A stretch of DNA of 63,697 nt, filler included, from Collodictyon triciliatum (lineage: Eukaryota): assembly GCA_043381765.1 (NCBI GenBank). It is 7 parts of 7 records of this genome, joined end to end, with 100 filler letters (N's around TTAATTAATTAA, not from the genome) between each part and the next. Parts side by side here need not be neighbours in the genome. Positions count along the whole stretch, not along the records: positions 38,463 to 47,973 come from JBHJMP010002977.1; positions 48,074 to 57,583 come from JBHJMP010002978.1; 5 more parts are not named here. One strand, 5' to 3'. The notes beneath the pieces are model-generated. The model saw nothing but the letters and a program-made list of their open reading frames with translations, had not been told where the DNA came from and did no database searches. The position numbers were made by a program, and so were the translations under genes. Below are positions 38,632 to 51,642 of the stretch, one piece after another. How positions within the stretch are numbered: the first letter of the stretch is position 1; each line of letters opens with the position of its first letter.

Positions 38632-41600
38632 AGAGGAAAAAGACAGGCATGGACTCAGACGCCAAATTGAAACCCAACCAAGTGCAAAATACTCCAGCAA
38701 GGATTATTACACAGATTTTCTTGTTGCACCAACATCCATAGTACCCCAGACTCAACACCTCTACCGACCAAAACTCAGAGGTATGTAATTATCTAAATAC
38801 AATAGAACGAAATATACTTTCTGTTATTACCATAAAATAATCTGAAATTCATTTCGGGAGAAATGTACAGTGATTATGAATGAATATTTCCAGCAATGAT
38901 ATTTTCTTAGACAAGACACCATATTCATTGACGGGAACTCATAACTCACAACAGATTTACTGTATGAATACAACTTACGACATGAATGTGCCACGCGGAT
39001 CCAAGCGTGGTGGAGGTCATACCAAACAAGAAAAAACCTTGTAGGATTTTGACTTGGAAATATGCATAAATGACTCTTTTTTTTCTTTAATTGTCATACA
39101 TTGAATATATGTAAATATATAAATTTTGATACTAGAAAATCATCTAATTAAACACACATATTTCTATCACAATTTTTATTGAGTAAAGTGACTGTTATAT
39201 GATAGGTAGATCATTATATGAGATGTCAAATGGAGAGTGACCGATTTGCTATCTACTTTGTTAACGACTTCGTTAATAGATATTTGATAAATGTAAGTTT
39301 GAATTTTTGAAAGCGTCCAGCAACAATCGCACATAAGCAGGAACCTTTTCCTACCTTAGATGCAGTCGCTTTTGTTCATTTTGATATTTATTTCTTGTGT
39401 TTGAAATTATTCGCCCTCTGTAAGATAACTCACTATTGTGTGATTTTTAATAATTGTATTTCATTGTATCTCTTCCATCATATATATATTATTCTTATTT
39501 TCAGTGGCATTTTTTTTTAATTTCAGGTTGAAGTCCCCAGCATCATAAGAGACGTTCTTGAATATCAACCGTCCCCAGAACAAAAAAATGTATCGACCCA
39601 TATATGCCCATTTCATTGCACTGTGTTTTCTTGACGATTCATTTCAAAATCGGGACACATCAGATGATCATCCTAATTGCTGATGACCTTCTCTTGGGTG
39701 TTATATCAAGTCTGGGGAAACAGATCGTGAATGAGGCTGTTGACGAGATAGTGGATGGGTAAGAATTTTACAAACAATTTCATGACAAGTTTTCGAATAG
39801 GTGAATTAATACTTATCAATCCGGCAACTCGTATGAACTTGTATATGAAAAAATTATCTTAAATGACATATAAATGTGTTCCGCTTGTACATCCCACCTT
39901 AAAACTGCTGCAGTATTGTATTCATATTTGGTTACTTTAGACATTTCCATTTCTTGACCAAGTCCATGCCATCACCTGAAGAGCAAATATCTGATATGCT
40001 TTTGTTTTCTTTTGTTGAAATTTGCTCGAAAAGTGTTATGCAGGTGCCAAAAATTCTTGATAAACAATTTAGATAAACAAAGTTTCGTTTGAGTAACAAT
40101 GATTGTAGGAAGCTATTGACGATATAGTGCGTGATCACTTAATATCGGCGCATGTACAAGATTATGTCGATGCTTTGGTCGCTGAAGAGTCTACTAGAGA
40201 AGCACAAAAATTAGTATTATTTTCATCATCTTATGATTTTTTTTTTGTCCGTCAAGATTATCTATTACTCTATTATTTCTTAAATATATACACATATATC
40301 ATGCAAGAGAATATATACATTATTAGAATATTATGAAGAATATGATAAGTCTAGTTACAATATCAAAACTTTCCAAAATCTCTGTATTACTTTTTTATAT
40401 AGAAAAAAGTATTACTTATTAGCACTGTATCTATTTAATAGTCTATTACTATGCCTCTCAGTGGTGCAGAAGAATATATATTTGATTCTGTTGAAGAGAC
40501 TGTCGTTGCAGCGTTTTGTCAACTAATAGCTGACGAAGCTTATGAAAGGGTTCCCTATAATTTTATATTATGTTAAAGGGAATATGATCAGTCTTGAAAA
40601 TGATGGCGTTTTTTCCCTACACCATCACATATACCCTTTCATTTTTCTGAAATAGAAAAAAAAAAAAGGCTTTAGATGCCATGTATGAATCTGAATTCAG
40701 CAAACTCGAGGGTGAATCAAGTAGTGCGATCGAGAGGTCAATCGATAATGCAATCCTTCGATATTTACTTTATGAATGGTCAACACAGGGAGAAGATTTT
40801 CTTGTTTGTGCTGATATTAAGAATGCTGATAATATATGATTTAGTTTTATATGCTCATGTCTAACATCATGGTATGTAAATAAGAAATAAACTGTGATGA
40901 TAAAATAAAGAAAATGAAATAATATGGAAAGATTCGTGACGAAGCAGAAAGACTTATTGACCAGGCTGCTTTTGATATCCTTGTATCGAATTCTATTAGC
41001 ATATTTAACAAGGAGGAAAAGGTTTGGGCGCACTCTAAACTAAAAACTTTTTGGATATTGAGATAAATAAGAAGTTGCTGAATTATTCAGTACATATTTT
41101 TTTTAAAAGATAATAAAACAATAAAATTTTTTTGTTAGTATCCTTACTTTTTTTCAAAAGAATTTTATTTATTGAACAGTTTGACCCAGGATCTATTGTT
41201 CAGTGTACTCATAATTGGTAATTCTATTTAACAAACTTACTATATCATACAAATTATGAGATTTTTAAAAATTACTGTAATATGCTACTACGAGAAATGA
41301 AAAGCCGTTTTATCCTCGCTTTGTCTCCAAATGAAATTTCCAATAATAAATGATAATTAACTACCAGGCTTGTTGAAAGGTGTTTTTTAGAAGCCGGAGT
41401 AGCTATATTACAGGAAGATATTGAACTGATGGAAGATGAATTGGATGAGGTTTAAAAATACGAGAAAAAACAAAAAAAAAATACACAAATTTTGTCAGCT
41501 CTTACCTATTCAAAAAATCGTGTTGTGGATACGACACATTATGGTTAACCATTTTATAATTTTAGGAGGAGAACCAACGAAGACTGAAAATGGAAGAAAA

Positions 41601-41673
41601 AAAGAAAAATGAGGACGAGATACACAGGCTTACAAAGGAAATAGAAGATGTCAAGAAGTGGCATGTGAAATAA
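38632..41673 (+). CDS. Hypothetical helical/coiled-coil protein, 5'-partial, multi-exon
   Basis: Series of AG/GT-bounded open segments: EEKDRHGLRRQIE, VEVPSIIRDVLE, IADDLLLGVISSLGKQIVNEAVDEIVD, AEEYIFDSVEETVV, ending EENQRRLKMEEKKKNEDEIHRLTKEIEDVKKWHVK*. No family recognised. Confidence 0.5.
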
Positions 41674-42722
41674 AATGATAATTTGTAAAATATCACAATT
41701 ATCTGATTTTCAAAGCTTTGTAACTTGTCGAAAACCTATGTGCATGAGCTCTTTTATCCACACTGAACAAGCTAGACAAGACACACGGATTATTGTACAC
41801 TTAGACGGAATGAAAAAAGAAAATCAAATGAAGTTAAACAAAACAAAACAAAACAAAACAAAACAAAACAAAACAAAACAAAACAAAACAAAACAAAACA
41901 AAACAAAACAAAACAAAACAAAACAAAACAAAACACGACAAACAAGAACAAGAACAAACAAGAACAAACAAGGACAAAAAACAACAGAACACAACAAAAA
42001 ACAACAAAACGACAGAATTCCCGTCTACTGAAGGTGTTCGATTTTATTTTATAAGTTGGACCCTTGTGACTAAAAATAATGAGCTATCCACCCTCAAGGG
42101 TCCTGTAATTTCAGAAAGTCGTACTATTCATGATACGAACTTTTATCATGCTTCCTTGCTTTGAGATGGATTATGCATTCATGTCATGGTATATAATGAG
42201 GGTTCAGTACCTCTAAACCTCCAGCCGAATATAAGAAGGAATGGGTAATAGGGGTTCTAGTATAATCGATTTATTAGAAAGCATTTTACTTTTGGTCTTA
42301 AGTTATCACATACATGACAGATAAAGATAAATGGCTGGTCAACTGGAGTAACTAATACATAATCTATGTTATCAGTTATGATTATCGCATCATAAACTCA
42401 CATTGCAAAAAGGTCCAAATATCATCTTGAAGTGCCGCTTCGGAATCTAACTTAACCATATTTCTTGAGGTTTTTGCTTCTGTATTCACTGGTGACTTTG
42501 TTTCGTTTTCTGTCGTGAGGTAGAGATTATGAATGATTGTCACGCTATCCTCAGGAGCATCCTCGCCTAGTTTATCTGCTTCAATTCTTGAACTCTGTGC
42601 AATTCCCAAATACTTTCCAGCGTGGATGGCTCTGGCCTCTGAATTAAATTTACTCTATTTAATAAACAAAAATACCAATTATAATAATAATAAAAAAAAA
42701 GGGATAAAAATATACTCGAATT

Positions 42723-44916
42723 TTAATGGCACCAAAACAATATATTTTTTTTTTGAAACAGGCTCAAAAGAGAAAAATCCCAACTTCTTCTAGCCAAGAC
42801 TTTGTTGTGTGAGTAAGCGTAGATGGGGTCTGTAAACTTTTCTGCTAAAGTACAGTCTGGGTTGGAATCTTTTATCAAAGTAAGCCTAATCGTAAACTCT
42901 CTTTCATAATGGCGTGTTGATGCCTCTGATATAGTCAAACCAGAAAACATGGCAGTGTAGTTCTTTTCTAATTTCACGGTGGATGGACCACCAAATATTC
43001 TTTCTGATCCTTCCAGTGGGTATGGTGTTGACCCCGCTAGCGGACCCGCTGCATAGTATAGTTGAGCGCGTAAACTATAGTATCTATAATCTATTCTAAC
43101 CGAGCCTGGATTTACTGATGCAATCAAGCTAAAATTTCTATTTGTTGTTTAATTTAATTTTTTTTTAAAAAAAAATTCATGCATTTATCTGACAATTGAA
43201 AATGAAAAAAATATAGCAGATTGGTTAATACTTTCATACAGGCACGATTTCAAAGACAATATTAAGCTTACCGAATTTCCTTGGGTGTTCGTGTTCTCAC
43301 TTCATGAGGTGGTTGAGTTATAATCTCAATGAAAGCATCATAATTCATACTACTGCTCGAGATTTGCTCTGCTGGGTTTACAAATAAAATCGATTGCATC
43401 GGCTGGAATATATGATTCGGTTTGCTGTTTGACTCATTCTCGTATATCTCCTCTTTTTGAACTTTTGCACTATCTAAAAGTAGTGGTGAACTTGTGGTAC
43501 TGGTGGGTAGTCCTTTTTGAGAGCATGAATCTGGTCTAAATGGATTCTCTGCGTCGATGGATCTCTGTGGAGGGGGTGTATTTGGTTTGATGGTAGATTG
43601 GAAAGAAAAATGAGTGTGTGGCTGTCCTTCTCCTTCACTATGATTCAATGAATGAAAATCGCCATAACTCGATGCAGATTGGGAAGGATGAAAAGAATGA
43701 GAACAGTTTGGAGGGTTGAAAGGGTCGTAAAACAATGGTTCCATGAACACATCTGATTGTATTGATAAAGGTTGCTGTCCCATGTGTTGATGAGGGTCGC
43801 CTTGCCTTTCAGGCTCGGAAGTTGAGTGAGAAGTCACCTTATTGGTTTCGAAAGAGTCTCTATCTCTTTCATGGCGAATAAGACTTTGTACGAAAGGACC
43901 CAATAATCCATCTATTTTGAAGGTATCCAAATCTAAAATCTGATCTTTATGGCAAATGGGACAGTTCTGGCATTCTGGAGATGTCCTACAAAGACACTCC
44001 CAACAAAATGTGTGGCCGCAGGATAATATAACTGAGTTGATACCTGATGTCTTGCACATATCACAAGTATTCATAACTTCAGAACGACTTGGGATTTTTT
44101 GCTCCGAAAATATACAGCGTAAAATAGACTCGCACTTCATATATAAAAAAGGGTAGAGGGAAAAAAATAGATTCATTAATCACGCAATCAGTATTATGAC
44201 ATAGTAGAGGTTGTTTTTTGGTTTAGTTTTTTTTTTTTTTTTTTTAGGAATTATGTTTAGACGATTTTTTTTTTAATGAAGACACATGCATAAGGAAAAA
44301 TAATTTATTTTACATTAATTATTATAGCGGATAATAATAAGAATGAAAAGTTAAAACATATTAGTGAGACAAGGGATATGATTACCTCCAAGAGTAACGC
44401 CAAAAGGGCCCTTGATTTGTTGAATGGTTGATTAAGTACAATCTCAGACGGTCTTAATGCACGACAGTCCTTGATGATCTTGTTATGCTTTTTTATAATT
44501 TTAACTAGAGCCATATAATTAAGGATGACATATTTCCTCAAGTTGTCTAACACATCAACTAGCTGCACCAGATTTTCCATTAATTGTTTATCTTCATTCA
44601 TGAGCCATGAAAATGAGACGCGACTGTGATGACTTTCTATGGCATATTTGATTGACTCTATCTTTTTTTCACATCCTTTTTCAATGACAGAGTAAAATCG
44701 ATTCACTTTCTCGATCTCTGAGTCCAAAAGCGTCATGAAAAGTTTGTGGATGAGTGGTGATTTCATATGTGTATTTACCAGCAGAGGGTACGGCGAGGTG
44801 TCTTTTCTTGTTTTCGAAACTGCTCCATTCAGGGACTTCTTCAGTGATTTATAATTGACGTAGAACGCCTCCCATTCATACTTTCCCTCTCTCTTTAGAT
44901 GTTTTCCAAACTTCAT
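42723..44916 (-). CDS. SPX domain + RING finger + putative Ig-fold (CudA/STAT/Rel-like) DNA-binding domain
   Basis: SPX: MKFGKHLK..WEAFYVNYKSLKK, EIEKVNRFY, YVILNYMALVKIIKKHNK. RING: CDMC...CGHTFCWEC...CPIC. Low-complexity linker, then IEIITQPP...FSGLTISEASTRHYEREFTIRLTL...PIYAYSH. The 3' end is uncertain (42723, or spliced to a stop at ~42649). Confidence 0.82.
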
Positions 44917-46505
44917 TCTGACTAATTTTAATATCCTAATGATTTAAAAAATGGTATATAGTTTCATATTTTTCAAAACAAACGCATAGCATGATTGATG
45001 GCATTGATCAAAAACACTTTCTCATTTGTTATAAAATAAAGAGAAAGGAGAAAAAAACCAGAGAAAAAGAAAAAAAGGAAATAAGAGACAAAAAGAATAC
45101 TGATAAAATAAACCAAATGAAAAAAAAAGGAAATCGTTTAATATTCTAATGAAAAGGACTACTTGCTAGCTAGATTCCTTCAGATCAGGACCTTGTATGC
45201 GCTTTAGTGGTGATTCATATAAATGTGTGATGAAATAGAATCAGTAATTAAAAAATTTATCGAAAAGGTTGCTAGAGATAGATGAGTGAACCCAAAATTG
45301 CTGTGAAAGATTTGATGCGCATAGCATTCTTATGATTTGGTGGTAAACTTTTATATTTAAGATTCATTCTACGTTTTGATTTACAAAGCAAGGGATGAGG
45401 GACTTCAAGTATGATTCGTAGGAAAAGCCCATCCCCTCGCCTTGAGCATAGACGTGATTTGTGGTTTCTGGTAGAACTAGATTCCATCTGATTCATTTTA
45501 TATCGACGTCAATTGGCCATGATATTTAATTTTCGGGTGGTGCATGGCAAGGCATCACATTTTCTCGAGACAATCTTTAGTATCTATTTCTTTTATTCAA
45601 TTCAAGGAAAGGGGTACACAATCTCCAAATTAATATCAGTTGTTTTACATCAAGAAAACTTGAAGCATCCAGCATTCTTAATGAATCATGATTATGTTGT
45701 CAAAATTATTTTTAGGAAAAGAACTCAGAGGTCTTGTACTAATTAAAAAAAAAAAAAGCTAGTCTCTGATGTCATTTGATACAGAAATGAAAAAAGAAAA
45801 ATAGAGGAGTATTGATCAATTTCTATTCTTTATTATAATAATCTGTAGTTTTTTTTTTTTTTTAGGAAAAGTGAATATTGATGAGCTCAGCTGGATATCA
45901 TGACGGAATATTCAAGGAGAGGGATTATATGAAAAGAAAACCCAAAAAAATAAATGTTTGTCGATCGTCTTGCTGGATCCATCCTGACTGAGATCATCGA
46001 TGAAATAAAGAGTAAAGACGAAAGGAAAAGTATACACGATCAATCCGACACGGGAAGTGAGGAAGGAGAGAGAACACGTCTGTTACAATCTCATTCGACG
46101 ATAAATCCGAGCGTGGGGGGATGTCATCATTCGGGCTATTTCACGCTTGAATCAACTTGCATCAGCGAGTGAAGGGTTCAACACGTTTGCCCATCCGCTG
46201 CATTCGCGCTCGCTCGTTGTCCATAAGAGAATGACATATTATCGTAAAGAATAGAAAAAATTAATCCAGAATATGCAACAAAGGGTGTTCATAAGTGAGC
46301 GGTAATTTATGGGTTCACATAATGCTCACTGCAGAGTCCAAAAATGGATGTGAGACCTCAAGGAATTTTTTCACTGACTTTCCAAACAATTTTTTTCCAA
46401 TACTATTTTCCTCAGCAAAAGAATCTGTGTGTTTCGCTATGAGTATTCAAAAATTCAAATGCCGGAAAATTGCCCATCACAGCGCTTAACCAAACAATAA
46501 CACAA

Positions 46506-46610
46506 AACAACATAAAAACAACATAAAAACAACATAAAAACAACATAAAAACAACATAAAAACAACATAAAAACAACATAAAAACAACATAAAAACAACA
46601 TAAAAACAAC
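46506..46610 (+). repeat. (AACAACATAAA)n 11-bp minisatellite
   Basis: Direct tandem repeat. Confidence 0.93.
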
Positions 46611-47874
46611 TAGAGTAAAATTAGAGCCCAGAAAGCAAGCAAAAATTGCAGTGGGGGGGGGGGATGACAAGGTAAACATTAGACTCGGGCATGGATCGAC
46701 GAAGGCGAGTGGGCCTAGGGAAGATTCAGTGCCAGGAGTCTCAAGAAACCATCCTTGGATACCAGTTTTTGCAAATAGCTTGGGCCTCTGGAAACTCCCT
46801 TTTATCCTTTCACACGTTCCCACACACACGGTCGGTGGTGGCGTTCCCGAGCGTTAATGATTGTAATGATGGTGATAGAAAACCCCTCCACCAACCAAGC
46901 GGAAAGGAATTAGGCAGCGGAGCGCTTACACGGGGCTTGGGAATGTAGCGAGCCGTTCGTCGAATGGGCGTAGTGTTCCCACAAATAGTTTGGGTCACCT
47001 TTTTTTGTATACTGTTGCATATATTATTGACATATTTACACATAGTAGCGGCCATAATTATTTAAACAAGATATTTAAGATAAAACTAATAAATTCCGCA
47101 TTTAGAATTTTCGCGGCGCTCCCAGCCAATTAAACTGGTAGAGGGTCTCTTTCTTGCCCATCTCTGGAAAACAGACGTCCCCTGCTTTCTTCCCTCCTGC
47201 GCTCCCAACCTCTCAGTTCTGGACTTGTAGTTCATGGTATAGTTTGGAAGGAAAAGATTTATATGTACATATCTAACAGTAATCATCATCATCATCAGCA
47301 CCAGCACCAGCATCAGCATCACACCACCCATCATCACCACCATCACCATCACATTATATTCGAATCGAATAAAGGAAAAATGATCTGAATCAAGACAGTG
47401 GGTTCGATATGCGCTGCTCCATGTTCATGTCGATGAGACTTGTCCTTTTGGTTCTGGTTGGTTTGGTTGTGGCCCGTGAGTATATGTGTGTTTGAGGATA
47501 TTCGTTTATGCCACCAATTACTCTTGCGGGAGTTAGGTGCAGAAATGCTGCGGCTGCTTGGAATATGCTAGCTTTCATCTTTGGGGGCCAAGACTGGGCT
47601 GTGATGTCCTCACGAGAGATTCGAGCACAACCCTACTTACTCACCGCGCAAATCCACTCAAGCAAAGATACGGGCCTCTTCTTACACAATCACATAGTCA
47701 GCTGATTGGAGTTTAGGATGTATCCCACTGCCTTCTCCACTTCTCTTTCGGTGCCCTGCTTGCAGAGTGTCACATCAAAGGCATCACAGATAGTAATGGA
47801 AATAACAGTTTGATTCTATTTTGCTTCATATGATTCGTTTCCATGGGCCCATGTCTTACTATTAGTGACGAATG

Positions 47875-47973
47875 AAAAAGTAAAAAGTAAAAAGTAAAAA
47901 GTAAAAAGTAAAAAGTAAAAAGTAAAAAGTAAAAAGTAAAAAGTAAAAAGTAAAAAGTAAAAAGTAAAAAGTA
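47875..47973 (+). repeat. (AAAAAGT)n repeat at contig end
   Basis: Direct tandem repeat. Confidence 0.93.
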
Positions 47974-48073
47974 NNNNNNNNNNNNNNNNNNNNNNNNNNN
48001 NNNNNNNNNNNNNNNNNTTAATTAATTAANNNNNNNNNNNNNNNNNNNNNNNNNNNNNNNNNNNNNNNNNNNN
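47974..48073. other. Artificial contig linker
   Basis: N-TTAATTAATTAA-N. Confidence 0.97.
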
Positions 48074-48456
48074 GCGGGGGTTTTGCCTGGGTTGGTGTGT
48101 GCGCTGACTCTGGAATCGGCGCGAGCTGTGGTGTGGCTTTGCCTTTGTTGTGGGGCAAAGCGCTCGGCCGTCTTCCTGCGGGAGTACGCAAGGCCCAGGC
48201 CGCTCGACCGGTCGGATGCCAGCAGCACAACGCCCTCCGTGGCACACTCGCGGATGTGGTGGACTTCGCACAGCTGCTCCAACAAACGCAGGCGTGTGGC
48301 GTGCGTCAGTGTCTCAGTGTACTCGCCCACAAGGCGCATCACGCAGCCGGCCGGGTAGAGTCCCTTCTCCTGCAGCCCCGCTGCTCGCTCCACCGGTCGC
48401 GTTCTTAAGTGCTCGTAGACCACATTCTCGTCGTCAAAGTGAGGCTTGGTTGCCAT
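48074..48456 (-). CDS. 3'-partial GC-rich ORF, possibly a very divergent actin-fold protein
   Basis: Open frame MATKPHF... runs off the contig end. VGEYTETLTHATRLRLLEQLCEVHH...LLASDRSSGLGL loosely parallels actin [24 protein letters not shown]...LYASGRTTGIVL. Confidence 0.35.
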
Positions 48457-49463
48457 CCGTGTGTTTTTTTGTGCAAAACCAAATGGGTTTTGAAAGACCA
48501 ACCCTAAATAAACCCTAACCTAACCGGCTACATAATACGGCCCTCGATACTCATGCCACATCACGTGCCCCTAAATAACAAAACAAAGATAGTCGTTCGT
48601 TCAACCTGGCGCCTTTTTTATGAAGTCTCACTACAATCAGCAGAATTCAAGTATGATATAAGTTAGTTGACTTAATCTACATGAACTTTGTTTTCATGAT
48701 TATAAGTAAGCGACAGAGTCTGACTCCTTGTTATCTTGGCAAATTCTTACCTTTACCTTTCATGAGGCACATATGAAATTGGTTGGTGTGTGAATTGAAA
48801 GAAACCAAGTTGGAAAAATAAGTGCTTATGATTTAAACGACATCAAAGGATTTTTCATAGAAACGACAAATAATTATTGCTTTCAATCATGCAAAATTCC
48901 AATTATTAAGATAAATATGACGACTTCTCAGGGAGGGCTCTGAAAAAAAAAAGTTACATAACAGCATTTCACGAACTTCCAAGATACTCGTTTTTCGCTT
49001 TAAATCATCGCACAAGGAGACGTATGCCGCGGTCCTTATGGAGTGTGCGTGCGTTCTCTCGCTCTAATGATTCACCCGAACGAGAAACCAGTGTATCCTG
49101 GCCTTGAAAGCCTCGTGCAATACAGCTTGCTGAATCACGCACATTTTCTCCACTACTTTGATTGCAAGCGAAGAGATATGTGAGAATGTATCACGAGATA
49201 TCTCCCACAACATACTCAACCAGTGCTACCCACAAACCCAATGAACCAGTTGGGCCGCCCACCTAACCAACTCGCTATCGCTGATTTCTTTCTGTCCAGT
49301 GGCGGCCTTTCAAGAGTAGCGTCTCTTATCCACGCAGCGAGGTGCAACGGACCAGGGCATTCCAAGGAACAGAGCCCACAGACAGCTGAGGACATGGACA
49401 CGGATATGGATATGTATATGGAGAAGAAGGAGAAGGATGCTTTATGCAGAGCAAACGGGGCAG

Positions 49464-50255
49464 TTATTCGCGGCGGGGGCGGGGGCGGCGGAAGGCAGCT
49501 GGGGCGGGGGCGGCAGCCTCCTGGGCCTGCTCCTTGGGGTCGCGGATGGTGATGACATCGGCCTGGGGGGTCTTGACTCCGTTGCGGCCAGTGGGGTCCC
49601 ATGGAAGCATGATGGAGACGCGGACGCCGAGGACGCCCTGGCGCATCATGACGTGGCGGACAGCGGTGTCCACGTAGACCTCGATGGGGTTTCCGGACTT
49701 GATCATGTAGCCGTCGCGGAACTTCATGGCCTTTGCGCGCTGGGCACGCAGCTTGCCGCTGACAACAACCTCCACACCCTTGGCGCCGGCCTCCATGGCG
49801 AAGCGCATCACGCCGTAGCAGGCGCGGCGCACGGCAAGGCCGCCCAGCAGCTTGTAGCGCAGCGATTCGGCCTGGGCCACGGCACAGAGGCCGCGGCTGC
49901 TGACGTTCTCGGCAAAGAGCTCGATCGTCCCTTCCTTGAAGCGGAAGCGCTTCTGCACAAGCGACGTCAGCTCGCGGATGCGGCGCCCTTTGTCTCCAAG
50001 CACGTTCTGCGTGCGTGTGGCGCGGATGATCACTTCGGTGCGTGCAGGGGTCACGCGCACTTCAACGCCGGCGTAGCCGTCCTCGCCCAGCTCGCGTGTG
50101 AAGAACTCGTTGAGCTCGGCGAAGAAGACTCCGTCAGCTACAAACTGTGGGGAGCCAGGGGGAGGGGTCGTGCGATCAGTACGGAGTTGGGGGGGCGGGT
50201 TGCTCGGGTGCGATCAGCGGCTTACCTTCTTTTTCTTGCTGATTTCAAGGGACAT
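49464..50255 (-). CDS. RPS3: 40S ribosomal protein S3 (uS3), 2 exons
   Basis: Exon 1 [10 protein letters not shown] (50226-50255). Exon 2 from 50144: [33 protein letters not shown]...[14 protein letters not shown]...[28 protein letters not shown]...[10 protein letters not shown]. Confidence 0.98.
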
Positions 50256-51642
50256 TCTATGATCTGTGGGGTCAGGGATGGGTGTGGATCAGTTTTCTAT
50301 GCGTAATATGTTGGTCCTCTGTGTGGAAATATGTGGTATCGATAGCATTCCCTTCGTTGATATTCAGTAGAAATTTCTCTACTATTCCGATCTTCTGGAT
50401 CGATTATTTTATACCCTCATTCGTGTCAACGGTATCAGAGACAACTAGCCGCTCTCGACTGCATTTAAGCACTAAGTGCGGTGTCAGGAGTGGTAGGTGT
50501 GAAAATAAAGACGGTGGGCTCCAGACGATTTTGCAGCCCCGTGTGGGTAGCTTACGTTTATGTTTGACCGCCGGGGTGCGTTGGATAATCGGCTGTGTTG
50601 GTGCTGGGCGTGCGAGTGAGAAAGAGATCGTGGGTGTACTAAACCGCCCCTAACTGGTCAAAGGACACACAAATGTGTAGTCCGCATTAGGATTGAGACT
50701 GGTAAATTTACTGATAGTAAAGTTATCCATGTGGTCATTAATATTTACATTTATGTATAAATTTTCATTATTGACATGGGTATACAGATGGAAAATGTTG
50801 CACATATAGAATAATTGAAATATATTCCAGTAATAGGTTTAAAGTTTTTTTTTGGGTTTGTGCTGGAAATTAGTGGTGTTATTTGTTTGAAAAAATAACG
50901 ACCCCAACAAAACCCACACAACTTACAGCTGATATTTACATCGCAGTTTTTTTTTTTTGTTCTTTATCTAACACAATATCCTCTCCCTTCTGTTTTCTCC
51001 AAAGCGCAATGGCTTCTCACTATTTCCCCTCCAACGCAGCTGTAAGGTCAACGCTATCTTCAGCTGGCGCCATAAATAATGCACAAATGCTAGAGCACAT
51101 CATTTCGATGGGGTGTCCCCGTGCCTCCTTCAATAGCCAAAATAAAAACAATCAATAATTAAAAAAGAAGGGGTCTGTAGTCATTCATGCCTTTCTGTCG
51201 AATAGGGGTTCTCTGCCTCGTTACCATCAACGCTTTATCAGGAGATGCAGTGCGCCTCATCAAACTCGTCTGTCTGACCTTTGCAGTTACATGGAAACTC
51301 TGCTGCAGACGCTCGGGTTCTATTGAGAAAGGAGATGGAATAATGACAGCGCCCACTACAATCTCGCATATTCTCCACACACAAGAAAATACATAGTGGA
51401 GCACCAGGTCTTAAAGTTTGGCATGCATTTTGCATGGTACCGCAGATGTTGGTGAGCCAGCGAAACAGCACATTATCAAAGCATTATAGCGCCAGGACAT
51501 CAAACCTCTGCATTACGCGGTGGCCGACTGAGCAGCTGCGTTTGCATCATCCTGTTTCCCGGGCTTCATCCATGGCAAGCAGAATCCAACAGCCCTACAC
51601 AGATTGGAGTATATCGTCAACAATCGCACGGACGAAGGAACC

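Noticed and set aside
46600-47800. GC-richer patches with short ORFs
   Set aside because: No recognisable protein or RNA motif; not supportable from the sequence alone.
49437-50306. 289-aa plus-strand ORF
   Set aside because: Antisense shadow of the GC-rich RPS3 gene.
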